Source: an uncultured Alphaproteobacteria bacterium (lineage in GTDB: Bacteria > Pseudomonadota > Alphaproteobacteria > Geminicoccales > Geminicoccaceae). From it: a stretch of DNA of 64,000 nucleotides. Of this stretch, positions 1 to 8,675 are shown piece after piece. The translations under genes were made by a program, and so were the position numbers. Each line of letters opens with the position of its first letter. The stretch's first letter is position 1. Below the pieces are notes generated by a model that saw only the letters and a list, made by a program, of their open reading frames with translations, did no database searches and had not been told where the DNA came from. The DNA lies in NCBI GenBank assembly GCA_963735065.1, contig CAVTJL010000001.1, positions 1,894,848-1,958,847 on the forward strand, written 5' to 3'.

Positions 1-117
1 CCGGCCGACCTCCAGCAGGAGCTGGACGCGCTGATGCCGCCCTCGGACGGGGGGGCCGTGGCGCCGATGCCCGCCGGCGTGAGCTACGGCGAGTTCGATG
101 TGGCGGACGAGGACTGA
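1..117 (+). CDS. 3' end of an upstream gene (partial, ends ...EFDVADED*); possibly RNA polymerase omega subunit by position
   Basis: Frame 1 is open from the window edge to TGA at 115-117. The rpoZ-rsh adjacency is common in alphaproteobacteria, but the 38 visible residues are not diagnostic. Confidence 0.3.
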   Translation, partial: PADLQQELDALMPPSDGGAVAPMPAGVSYGEFDVADED

Positions 118-259
118 CATCGGCCGGGAGGCTCTTCAGGGGTAGCCGTTGATGGGACCCGTGGCCGAGCCTCTTCCTTTGATCGCACCGCCGCCCCCGC
201 CGGCGGTGCCTCCTTCCGATAGTGTCGTGCCGCAAGGGCAGGCTCGCCGCCGCCCGATC

Positions 260-2414
260 ATGCGGCAGTACGAGCTCGTCGAGCGCGTCAAGGGGTACGA
301 TCCCGACGCCGACGAGGATCTCCTGAACCGGGCCTACGTCTTCGCCATGAAGGCGCACGGGCCCCAGCTCAGGGCGTCCGGCGATCCCTATTTCCACCAC
401 CCCGTCGAGGTGGCCGGCATCCTGACCGGCCTCAAGCTCGACAGCGCCTCGATCGCGACGGCACTGCTCCACGACACCGTCGAGGACACCGGCGCCACGA
501 TCGAGGAGATCTCGCGCCTTTTCGGGCCCGTGGTGGCACGCCTCGTCGACGGCGTGACCAAGCTCAACAAGCTCGAGCTCCAGTCGGCCCAGACCGCGCA
601 GGCCGAGAACTTCAGGAAGCTGCTGCTCGCGATGTCGGAGGACATCCGCGTGCTTCTCGTGAAGCTCGCGGACCGTCTGCACAACATGCGCACGCTGCAC
701 TTCATCAAGGACCCGGCCAAGCGCCGCCGCATCGCCGCCGAGACGATGGAGATCTATGCGCCGCTCGCCGAGCGCATCGGCATGGATCGGCTGAGGGCGG
801 AGCTCGAGGATCTGGCCTTCGCCGAGCTGCAGCCCGACCAGCGGGCCAGCATCGTCCACCGGCTGAGCCGCCTGCGCCGCGACGACACCCAGCAGATCGA
901 CCGCATCATCGAGGCGCTGGGCGCCACGCTGGCCGCCGCCGGCATCGAGTCCGAGATCACCGGCCGCGAGAAGTCGGCGCTCTCCATCTGGCGCAAGATG
1001 GAAAGCAAGAACATCAGCTTCGAGCAGCTCTCCGACATCATGGCCTTTCAGGGTCATCGTCGAGAGCGTCGCCGAGTGCTACGCGGCGCTGGGCATCATC
1101 AACGGCCGCTACCACATGCTGCCCGGCCGCTTCAAAGACTATATCAGCACGCCCAAGCCCAACGGCTACCGCTCGCTCCACACCACCATCATCGGCCCCG
1201 AGCGACGCAAGATCGAGGTGCAGATCCGCACCCGCGACATGCACGAGGTGGCCGATCTCGGCGTCGCCGCGCACTGGGCCTACAAGGATGCGGAGCGCAT
1301 CACCGAGGGCAAGCGCTACCGCTGGATCCGCGAGCTCCTCGACATCCTCGAGCATGCCATCGAGCCGCAGGAGTTCCTCGAGCACACCAAGCTCGAGATG
1401 TACCAGGACCAGGTCTTCTGCTTCACGCCCAAGGGCGATCTCATCGCCCTGCCGCGCGGCGCCACGCCGGTCGACTTCGCCTACGCCGTCCACAGCGAGG
1501 TCGGCGATCACTGCGTCGGCGCCAAGGTCGACGGCAGGCTGGTGCAGCTGCGCACGCCGCTCGGCAACGGCGACCAGGTCGAGATCATCACGAGCAAGAG
1601 CTCGGGCCCCAGCGCCGCCTGGGAGCGCTTCGTCGCCACCGGCAAGGCGCGCGCCCGGATCCGCCGCTACCTCCGCACCCGGCAGCGCGGCGACTTCGTC
1701 GAGCAGGGCCGCGAGCTCCTGCAGCGCCAGGCCAAGGCCGACCAGCTCCAGGTGAGCGAGAAGCTGCTCGAGAAGGCGCTCGAGACCCTGCCCCAGAAAA
1801 CCGTCGAGGACCTGCTGGCGGCGCTGGGCGAGGGCACCATCGGCCCCAAGCTCGTCCTCGATGCCGCCTTCCCCGAGCGCAAGAGCCGGCAGCCGGCGAA
1901 GGGCCGGCCCCAGGTGGCGAAGATCCTGCCGCTGCGCCGCCCGCCCAGTGCCGCCGCCGCGGCGCAAAGGATGCCGATCCAGGGCCTGCCCGATGGCGTG
2001 CTCTTCACCTATGCCGGCTGCTGCCACCCGGTCCCGGGCGACCCCATCGTCGGCGTGGTGCGCACCGGCCGCAGCGTGGCGATCCACAAGAACGACTGCG
2101 CCACGATCGTGCGCGACCCGGCAGCGCAGGAGCGGGCGCTCGACATCGGCTGGAACGACCAGGGCACGCCGCCCCGCGCCACGGCCCGGATCGTCGTCAT
2201 GGGGATGAACGAGCCCGGCGTGCTGGGCACCATCTCGACCATCATCGGCCGCCAGGACGGCAACATCACCGACGTCAAGTTCGGCCGCCGCCAGCCCGAG
2301 CTCTACGAGATGTTCCTCGACGTCGAGGTCGAGGGCCTCGATCAGCTCCACCGCATCATGGCGGCGCTCAGGGCCGCCGGCGGGGTCTGCTCGGTCGAGC
2401 GCGCCGAGGGTTGA
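260..2414 (+). pseudogene. rsh: Bifunctional (p)ppGpp synthetase/hydrolase (RelA/SpoT homolog, Rsh) interrupted by a +1 frameshift near 1046-1050
   Basis: The N-terminal part (frame of ORF 149..3112, likely start ATG 260, MRQYELVERV) has the HD hydrolase motifs HHPVEV and LHDTVEDT. The C-terminal part (ORF 1116..2414) has the synthetase motif RFKDYISTPKPNGYRSLHTT plus TGS/ACT-like regions. The frames join as ...SDIMAF|RVIVESVAECY... if one base is removed from gcctttcagggtc (TTT 1046-1048). Confidence 0.9.
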
Positions 2415-2507
2415 CGTCCGCCGCGGCGGAGGCAAGTCTCCCTAGTCCGGTGGGCGGCTGCACGGGGCGCCGGGCTCCGCCGGGTGACCCCGAGGCAGGG
2501 GAAGGTG

Positions 2508-3074
2508 ATGGTCTTCCGGAGCAGGCACACGCCGACGCTCGGGCGGCGCGTCCGCTCAATGCTGTGGCCGGCGAGCGGCTGGCGGCGTGCCGGCCGCTAT
2601 ATCCTGTTCCGGGTCAAGCGCCTGCCAGGCTCGCCGCACAGCATCGCGGCCGGCCTCGCCAGCGGCGCCGCGGTGTCGATGACGCCCTTCATGGGCCTCC
2701 ACTTCCTGATGTCCTTCGCGGTCGCCTTCGTCGTGCGCGGCAACTACCTCGCCGCCGCCATCGGCACGGCCGTCGGCAATCCCTGGACCTTCCCCTTCAT
2801 CTGGGCCGGCACCTACCGTCTCGGCAGCTTCATGCTGGGCAACCGGCTGGGGCATCTGCCGCCGTTCGAGCATCTCAGCCTCGGCGCCCTTCTGCACCGG
2901 ATCGAGCTGCTCCTTTGGCCCATGACGCTGGGCTCGCTGCCGATAGCGCTCGTCGTCTGGGTCGGCACCTACTTCGTGACCGTTCGCCTCGTCGCGGCCT
3001 TCCAGCATGCCCGCCGCCTCCGCCGCGAGCGACGCCGCCTCGCCGCCAGCGGCGTTCACATGGTGCCCGACTAG
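2508..3074 (+). CDS. DUF2062 domain-containing membrane protein
   Basis: ORF 2484..3074. The translation (RAGRYILFRVKRLPGSPHSIAAGLASGAAVSMTPFMGLHF...GNPWTFPFIW) matches the DUF2062 pattern. ATG 2508 follows a GGAAGG Shine-Dalgarno sequence; GTG 2484 is an alternative start. Confidence 0.8.
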   Translation: MVFRSRHTPTLGRRVRSMLWPASGWRRAGRYILFRVKRLPGSPHSIAAGLASGAAVSMTPFMGLHFLMSFAVAFVVRGNYLAAAIGTAVGNPWTFPFIWAGTYRLGSFMLGNRLGHLPPFEHLSLGALLHRIELLLWPMTLGSLPIALVVWVGTYFVTVRLVAAFQHARRLRRERRRLAASGVHMVPD

Positions 3075-3168
3075 GGGCGTCGACACAAACGCCTGGCGAG
3101 AATTTCCTATAGAATTATCAACTATTAGTACATAGAGTCGTCGCCGTCCAGCGGAGGGCGGCGACGGG

Positions 3169-4725
3169 ATGAGCGACGAGCGGCGCAAGACGGCAACGCT
3201 GACGATCGCGCGCGCCAGAAGCGTCGCGTTCGTCGGGCTCGAGATCGCCGAGATCGACGTCCAGGTCCAGGTGAGCCCGGGCCTGCCGGCCTTCGCCATC
3301 GTGGGCCTGCCCGACAAGGCCGTGGCCGAGAGCCGCGAGCGGGTGAGGGCGGCGCTCACCACCATGGGCCTGGCCCTGCCGCCGCGGCGGGTCACCGTGA
3401 ACCTGGCGCCGGCCGACCTCGCCAAGGAGGGCAGCCACTACGACCTGCCGATAGCGCTGGCCGTCCTGATGGTCATGGGCGTGCTGCCGGCCGACCTCGC
3501 CGAGGGTCGGCTCGCGCTGGGCGAGCTGGCGCTGGACGGCGGCATTCAGGCGGTGGCGGGCGTGCTGCCGGCGGCCATCGCCGCGGCCGAGCGCGGGATG
3601 GGCCTCATCTGTCCCGAGGCCAGCGGCCCCGAGGCCGCCTGGCTCGCCGGCGAGGTGCCGATCCTGGCAGCACCCACCCTGATGGCGCTGGTCGACCACG
3701 CCCGCGGCTTCCGGCTCCTCGAGCCGCCCACGCCTCGGCTGCTCGACGAGGACGGCACGATGCCCGACCTCCGCGAGGTGAAGGGTCAGGAGACCGCAAA
3801 GCGCGCCCTCGAGATCGCCGCGGCTGGCGCGCACAATCTCCTGATGGTCGGCCCGCCCGGCTCGGGCAAGTCGATGCTGGCCGCCCGCCTGCCGGGCATC
3901 CTGCCGCCGCTCGACCCGGCCGAGGCGCTCGAGGTCGGCATGATCCAGAGCATCGGCGGCCGCCTCCTGGACGGCCGGCTCGGCCGGCGCCGCCCCTTCC
4001 GCAGCCCGCACCATGCGGCCTCGATGGCGGCCATGGTGGGCGGCGGCACCCATGCCCGCCCCGGCGAGGTCTCCCTCGCCCACAAGGGTGTCTTGTTCCT
4101 CGACGAGCTGCCGGAGTTCGGCCGGCAGGTGCTGGAGGCGCTGCGCCAGCCGATCGAGACCGGGCAGGTGACGGTGGCCCGCGCCAACCTGCACGTCACC
4201 TATCCCGCGCGCTTCCAGCTCGTGGCCGCGATGAACCCCTGCCGCTGCGGGCATCTCGACATGCCGGCGCTCGCCTGCCCGAAGGCGCCGCGCTGCGCCG
4301 TCGACTATCAGGGCCGCATCTCGGGCCCGCTCCTCGACCGCATCGACCTCCATGTGGACGTCCCGGCCGTGTCCCCGGGCGACCTCGACCTGCCGGCACC
4401 TGCGGAAGGCTCGCGCGAGATCGCGGCCCGCGTCGCCGCCGCCCGCGCCCTCCAGTCCGAGCGCTTCGCCGCCGTCGACCGCCCCGAGCTGCGCACCAAC
4501 GCCGAGGCCGACGGCGAGGTCCTGGAAAAAATAGCGCCCCTCGACCCGGCCGGCCGCCAGCTCCTGCGCCGCGCCGCCGACCTCTTGCACCTCTCGGCGC
4601 GCGGCTGGCACCGCGTTCTGCGCGTCGCCCGCACCATCGCCGACCTCGACGGCTCGGAGCCGATCACAAAGCCCCACATCGCCGAAGCCATCGGCCTCCG
4701 CCGCCGCCAGCCGGGGAAGGGGTGA
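3169..4725 (+). CDS. comM: YifB/ComM family Mg-chelatase-like AAA+ ATPase
   Basis: 518-aa ORF with Walker A GPPGSGKS, GVLFLDELPEF and the typical N-terminal Lon-protease-like region and C-terminal ...HIAEAIGLRR tail. Confidence 0.9.
   Translation: MSDERRKTATLTIARARSVAFVGLEIAEIDVQVQVSPGLPAFAIVGLPDKAVAESRERVRAALTTMGLALPPRRVTVNLAPADLAKEGSHYDLPIALAVLMVMGVLPADLAEGRLALGELALDGGIQAVAGVLPAAIAAAERGMGLICPEASGPEAAWLAGEVPILAAPTLMALVDHARGFRLLEPPTPRLLDEDGTMPDLREVKGQETAKRALEIAAAGAHNLLMVGPPGSGKSMLAARLPGILPPLDPAEALEVGMIQSIGGRLLDGRLGRRRPFRSPHHAASMAAMVGGGTHARPGEVSLAHKGVLFLDELPEFGRQVLEALRQPIETGQVTVARANLHVTYPARFQLVAAMNPCRCGHLDMPALACPKAPRCAVDYQGRISGPLLDRIDLHVDVPAVSPGDLDLPAPAEGSREIAARVAAARALQSERFAAVDRPELRTNAEADGEVLEKIAPLDPAGRQLLRRAADLLHLSARGWHRVLRVARTIADLDGSEPITKPHIAEAIGLRRRQPGKG
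4678..4725 (+). repeat. Left copy of an imperfect 48-bp direct repeat (last 15 codons plus stop of comM)
   Basis: atcgccgaagccatcggcctccgccgccgccagccggggaaggggtga aligns with 6429-6476 at 41 of 48 positions by hand alignment, in the same reading frame, and both copies end in TGA. Confidence 0.75.
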
Positions 4726-4918
4726 CAGGTCACGTCAGCCTACCGGCGCCGCACAGCGTGCCAGCCCAGTCGGGGCCCACGCAGGAGCGGCAACAAGGCG
4801 CGGCCGGCCGAGCCACCAACCTCTCGAGGCAAGCCGCAACACATACGCCAGCGTCGGCCGCGGTCTACCCTGCCCCATCGCCGTGACGCATCGGCCCTGA
4901 GCTCAGGGAGCAAGGCAG

Positions 4919-5752
4919 ATGTGGATCGCCTTTCTTGTCTACCTTGTGCTCACAGCCGCCATGTTCGGCTGGCTTGTCCCGTGGCTGGGGGACACTCCGC
5001 CGTGGCGGAGCGCCACGCCCGCGATCAGCTGGTATGCGTATCTCAAGGACTGGCAGACCGGCATTGGCGCGCTCGTCGGCATCCTCGGCCTCGTGGTCGT
5101 CGAGGCCGTCAACCGATGGCTCGAGCGCCAGCGCGCCGTCCGGGAGCGGCGCGACAAGCAACAGGCGATAGCCGCGGCGCTGGCCTGGGAGGTCAGGGAG
5201 TGCGAGGAGCGGCTCGGGATCGCCCGGAACAACATCGACGATGCTCTGGACGTCTTGGGGGACGCGAAACCGGCCAAAATGAGCCTGTCGGGTAAGCTCG
5301 CCTTCTCCCTGCGGCTACCCGCGCCTGTCGTGCTCAGCAATCTCGTCTTGGATCTGCATCTCCTCGACGGTGATCTCCGCAGGGCGGTTATGAGCTTCTA
5401 CAATCGGCTCCAATCCGCGGAGCGCGACGTCAGCCGAAACATCGGCCTGAGGGTCGCGGAGCGGCACGACGGCTCGACCAGCCCGGAGGTCTCGCGTGCC
5501 GAGCTGGAGCAGGTGCGTCTAGGCATCAATCAAGCGCTTGAGGCCGCGGCGCCGTTGCGGCAACGCTTCGGCGCTCTAATCTCCCCTGAGGAGGATCCCT
5601 GGCGGGACATGCCCGATCGCGCTCCCGCTCTCTCAGGGTCGATCTATGCCTGCTGGTGGACAGGCGAGTCCTATGGGTGTCACCATCAGCATCCTGAGAG
5701 ACGGCAAGAGGGCGGGCCGGGCAGGCGCACCGGAGCGTCGTCGGGGCGTTGA
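4919..5752 (+). CDS. Hypothetical membrane-anchored protein (two N-terminal TM helices, helical C-terminal domain)
   Basis: 277-aa ORF. Hydrophobic segments are WIAFLVYLVLTAAMFGWLV and GIGALVGILGLVVVEAV. I recognise no family, and the C-terminal ~40 residues look low-complexity, so the true stop or frame there is uncertain. Confidence 0.45.
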   Translation: MWIAFLVYLVLTAAMFGWLVPWLGDTPPWRSATPAISWYAYLKDWQTGIGALVGILGLVVVEAVNRWLERQRAVRERRDKQQAIAAALAWEVRECEERLGIARNNIDDALDVLGDAKPAKMSLSGKLAFSLRLPAPVVLSNLVLDLHLLDGDLRRAVMSFYNRLQSAERDVSRNIGLRVAERHDGSTSPEVSRAELEQVRLGINQALEAAAPLRQRFGALISPEEDPWRDMPDRAPALSGSIYACWWTGESYGCHHQHPERRQEGGPGRRTGASSGR

Positions 5753-5806
5753 GCAGGCTGGTGGTTCCGGCGTCGGAAGCCTAATATAGGACCGTCGCTG
5801 TCAAAG

Positions 5807-6127
5807 GTGCCGAAGATGATCGGGACGCAGTCGCTGCACCTTCCATTGCACGTCGAGCGAAGATCTGACGGGCTCGTGGTCAGTTGCCCGGAGATCCGGG
5901 GCCTGAGTTTCTTCGCGCCGAGCTTGGCGGTGGCGCTCCGATCCCTGCGGCCCGCGGCGGTGCGGCTGCTGAAGCTCAATCACGACATCGATGCCAGCGT
6001 CAGCATCGTGGGTCCCGGCCCGGATGAGGACCCTGAGCGGGCCGATCCCGAGCGGGCCCTGGGGTCGGCTCAGCCGGCCCTCCTTGTCGTGGCCCGCCGG
6101 GGCCGCGTCTCTACCGCGTCCTTCTGA
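5807..6127 (+). CDS. DUF1902/HicB-like small protein (putative antitoxin-like)
   Basis: The N-terminal 60 residues (LHVERRSDGLVVSCPEIRGLSFFAPSLAVALRSLRPAAVRLLKLN) fit the DUF1902/HicB pattern: a beta strand, then xPxxxGL, then a helix with ...L...l...l. Confidence 0.45.
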   Translation: MPKMIGTQSLHLPLHVERRSDGLVVSCPEIRGLSFFAPSLAVALRSLRPAAVRLLKLNHDIDASVSIVGPGPDEDPERADPERALGSAQPALLVVARRGRVSTASF

Positions 6128-6135
6128 CAGCGGGC

Positions 6136-6369
6136 GTGGCGGACCTTGACGGGCAGACGATCGACCGAATCATGCGTCGCCTGGGCTGCAGCCCAGATCT
6201 CGGCAGCGACAACGGGTCCAGCAAGATCTGGAACCCGCCGCCCAACCCGGGCGGGCGCCCCTCCACGCTGGTGAGCTATCCGCAGCCCTCGGACGTTCTG
6301 CGAAAGAAGCTGGTGGACGAAGGCTTCGTGGCCTCCGACGAGGACTTCGACCGGCTCCTCGACCCCTAG
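6136..6369 (+). CDS. Small HicA-like (YcfA fold) protein lacking the catalytic His
   Basis: 77-aa ORF with a GTG start 8 nt after the previous stop. IMRRLGCSPDLGSDNGSSKIW...STLVSYPQPSDVLRKKLVDEGF loosely parallels the HicA pattern L..G.....GSHH......vtvP.H...l....l..il...G, but has GSSK in place of GSHH. Confidence 0.3.
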   Translation: MADLDGQTIDRIMRRLGCSPDLGSDNGSSKIWNPPPNPGGRPSTLVSYPQPSDVLRKKLVDEGFVASDEDFDRLLDP

Positions 6370-6395
6370 CGTCCGCTCTCGAAGATCCTCGCCAA

Positions 6396-6476
6396 CTCCC
6401 CGACGAGAATGTCATCAGCGAGCGTTATATCGCCGAGACCATCGGTCTCCACCGCCGGCAGCCGGGGAAGAAGTGA
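6396..6476 (+). pseudogene. Displaced C-terminal fragment of a comM/yifB gene (right copy of the direct repeat)
   Basis: The frame containing 6429 reads ...LPDENVISERYIAETIGLHRRQPGKK*, against the comM C-terminus ...LDGSEPITKPHIAEAIGLRRRQPGKG*. There is no upstream comM-like coding sequence. Confidence 0.7.
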
Positions 6477-6493
6477 CGCGTCGCCGCGGGCAG

Positions 6494-7423
6494 CTAGCCG
6501 GCCGGAACGCGAGCGGACAGGCGGTAGAGACGGCGGGCGGTGTCGCCGAAGATCGAGGCGCGGTCCTCAGGCGACAGATCCGCCAGGATGGCCTCCAGCG
6601 TGCGGAGCTGGTGCGCCATGTCGCACATCAGCCGCTCGATCGGCAGGTTGCTGCCCCACATGCAGCGCCCGGGCCCGAAGCGCTCGACGACATGGCGGAC
6701 CGGCCCGGCGAGCCGGTCTGCCTCCCAGCCTCGCGAGATCGTCCACAAGCCGGAAAGCTTGACCGCCACGTTCGGGCAGCGGGCAGTTTTGGCGATGCCC
6801 TCCCTCCAGACCGCCTCGTTCCCCGGCAGGTCCGGCTCCATCTGGCCCAGATGGTCGATGATGATCGGAAGGCCCGGCAGCTCCTCGGCGAGGTCGGCGA
6901 TCTCGAAGAGCTGCTCGGGCAGGGCGATCACGTCGAGGGACAGGCCCGTTCTCGCAAGGCGCGCGGCCCCGGCCCGAAAGCGATCGTCGCGTGCCAGCCC
7001 CGGTCCCGCCGCGAACCGCCAGGGCGAGCGGTCGCGCCACGCGATGCCGACCCGAACGCCCCGCAGGCGCCCGTTCGCCATGAGCAGCTCGAGGTCCCGA
7101 TCGAGCGTCGGCGCCAGCAGGTCGATGTGGGCCACGCTGGCGTCGGGCAGGCCGGCCGAATCGGCCAGCGCCTCGAGCCAGCGGGTCTCCGCGGCGGGGT
7201 CGGCAGCGCCCGGCGCCGCCTCGACATGCACCGTCTCGACGATGCCCAGGCCCGCGCTGTCGCGCCGATAGTCCGCCGGCAGGTAGTCCTGCTTGATGGC
7301 GCTGTGATCGCCGAAGGGGCGAGGCGGCGCATCCTTCCGCAGCCACGCGTAGGGGAACATCGACAGGTCCCACAGATGGTGGTGGGCGTCGACGATACCC
7401 GATCGAGGCGCTGCGGCGGTCAT
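6494..7423 (-). CDS. Amidohydrolase family 2 (metal-dependent hydrolase, lactonase-like)
   Basis: ORF 6494..7528. The likely start is ATG 7423 (MTAAAPRSGIVDAHHHLWD). It has the characteristic DAHHHLW motif, a later IIIDHLG motif and a WGSNLP tail. Confidence 0.85.
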   Translation of the reverse strand: MTAAAPRSGIVDAHHHLWDLSMFPYAWLRKDAPPRPFGDHSAIKQDYLPADYRRDSAGLGIVETVHVEAAPGAADPAAETRWLEALADSAGLPDASVAHIDLLAPTLDRDLELLMANGRLRGVRVGIAWRDRSPWRFAAGPGLARDDRFRAGAARLARTGLSLDVIALPEQLFEIADLAEELPGLPIIIDHLGQMEPDLPGNEAVWREGIAKTARCPNVAVKLSGLWTISRGWEADRLAGPVRHVVERFGPGRCMWGSNLPIERLMCDMAHQLRTLEAILADLSPEDRASIFGDTARRLYRLSARVPAG

Positions 7424-7617
7424 GCGGCTCGTCGCTGTCGTGGCTGGCAGGAGCTGAGTCGGGTGATAGCAGCCTGCGGGGTGCCGTGCGAGCGGCTCGT
7501 CGAGCCGCGGGGCCCGCGCTCGGGGCATCCCCTGCTATGGCCCACGCCTGCCTCGAGGGACGCGTGGCCCGGCGCCAAGTAAGGTTACCGCTCGGGGGCA
7601 CTCAAGGGCATGCGGTC

Positions 7618-8617
7618 ATGAAACGTGCTTGGCTCGTCGGCCTTGTCGTCGTCGTTCTCGTCGGCCTCGGGATCCCGGTGCGGGCGGCGGATCTGCCCGG
7701 TGCGCGCGACTATCCGGGCATGCCGCGCTTCGAGGGCTCGAGCCTGATCGGCACGCAGGCGCTGCCCTTCGACGCCTTCGTCCTGGCCACGGGGCCGGTC
7801 ACGCAGGACAGCGCCTTCCAGTGGCAGCTCGCGGAGAAGCTCGACGTCGAGGGCAAGATCTCGGGCTACGTCTATGCCATCGCCCGAGGCCACACGACGC
7901 TCGAGGTCTTCCGCAACTACGAGGCGGCGCTCAAGAATCTGGGCTTCGAGACCTTGTTCAGCTGCGAGGGCGACGGCTGCGGCCGCGCGGATTTCCTGGC
8001 CCAGCAGATCTACAAGGACAGCCACGTGATGCAGAACGGCGGCATCCGCAGCGCCCAGGCCGTCATCTACGGCCAGGACATCCGCTATCTCGCCGCCAAG
8101 CGATCGAAGGACGGGCAGGACACCTACGCCTCGCTGCTGGTGGGCCGCGAGAGCGCCATGGGCGGGGACGACCAGGACACGCTCTCGGCCGTGCTCCACA
8201 TCATCGAGCCCAAGCCCATGGGCCAGGCGCATGGTCCTGGTCGACGCCGCCAGGATGGACAGCGAGATCGGCTCGAGCGGGCATGTGAGCCTCTACGGCA
8301 TCCACTTCGACACCGACAGCGCCGTCATCAAGCCCGAATCCGAGCCCACGCTCGCCGAGATCGCCAAGCTCCTGAAGGCGGAGCCCGCCATGAAGCTCTG
8401 GATCGTCGGCCACACCGACAATGTCGGCGGCTACGACCACAACATGAAGCTCTCCGCGCGCCGCGCAAAGGCCGTGCAGGCCGTCCTCACCGGCCGCTTC
8501 GGCATCGCATCCTCGCGGCTGCACGACGCCGGCGTCGGCTTCCTCGCCCCGGTCGCCCCCAACACCAGCGAGGAGGGCCGCGCAAAGAACCGCCGGGTCG
8601 AGCTGGTCCGGGAGTGA
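7618..8617 (+). pseudogene. DUF4892 + OmpA-like C-terminal domain protein, interrupted by a +1 frameshift near 8218-8231
   Basis: A signal peptide (MKRAWLVGLVVVVLVGLGIPVRA) and a DUF4892-like domain lie in the frame of ORF 7486. The OmpA_C domain (HTDNVGGYDHNMKLSARRAKAV...NRRVELV) lies in ORF 8231..8617. The junction ...IIEPKPMGQ / MVLVDAARMD... is restored by deleting one base. Confidence 0.85.
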
Positions 8618-8675
8618 GGGTAGGCGCCTCGGCTTTGGTGTCCGGCGCCCGGCCTCACCCGTCCGCCCCGCCCGA

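Larger units (their letters stand above)
4726..6476 (+). mobile_element. Putative integrase-less genomic islet (CIME-like or decayed integrative element) inserted at the comM 3' end
   Basis: Bounded by the intact comM terminus and a displaced comM-terminus fragment. It carries three small genes without recognisable core function. No integrase or transposase reading frame is seen on either strand. Confidence 0.4.

Noticed and set aside
149-3112. 987-aa ORF that looks like one giant protein
   Set aside because: Only the first ~300 residues (the Rsh hydrolase domain) look like real protein. The remainder is Arg/Pro/Ala-rich out-of-frame read-through caused by the frameshift near 1050 and the lack of stop codons in high-GC DNA. 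It overlaps the true Rsh C-terminal frame and the DUF2062 gene.
1038-4677. Long antisense ORFs opposite rsh and comM (1038..2435 and 3118..4677 minus strand). Similar shadows exist at 13386..14792, 29264..31567, 31266..33836, 16990..18348 and elsewhere.
   Set aside because: The translations are low-complexity Arg/Ala/Gly/Asp-rich with no motifs, and they lie opposite genes with clear homology. These are typical shadow ORFs of high-GC genomes.
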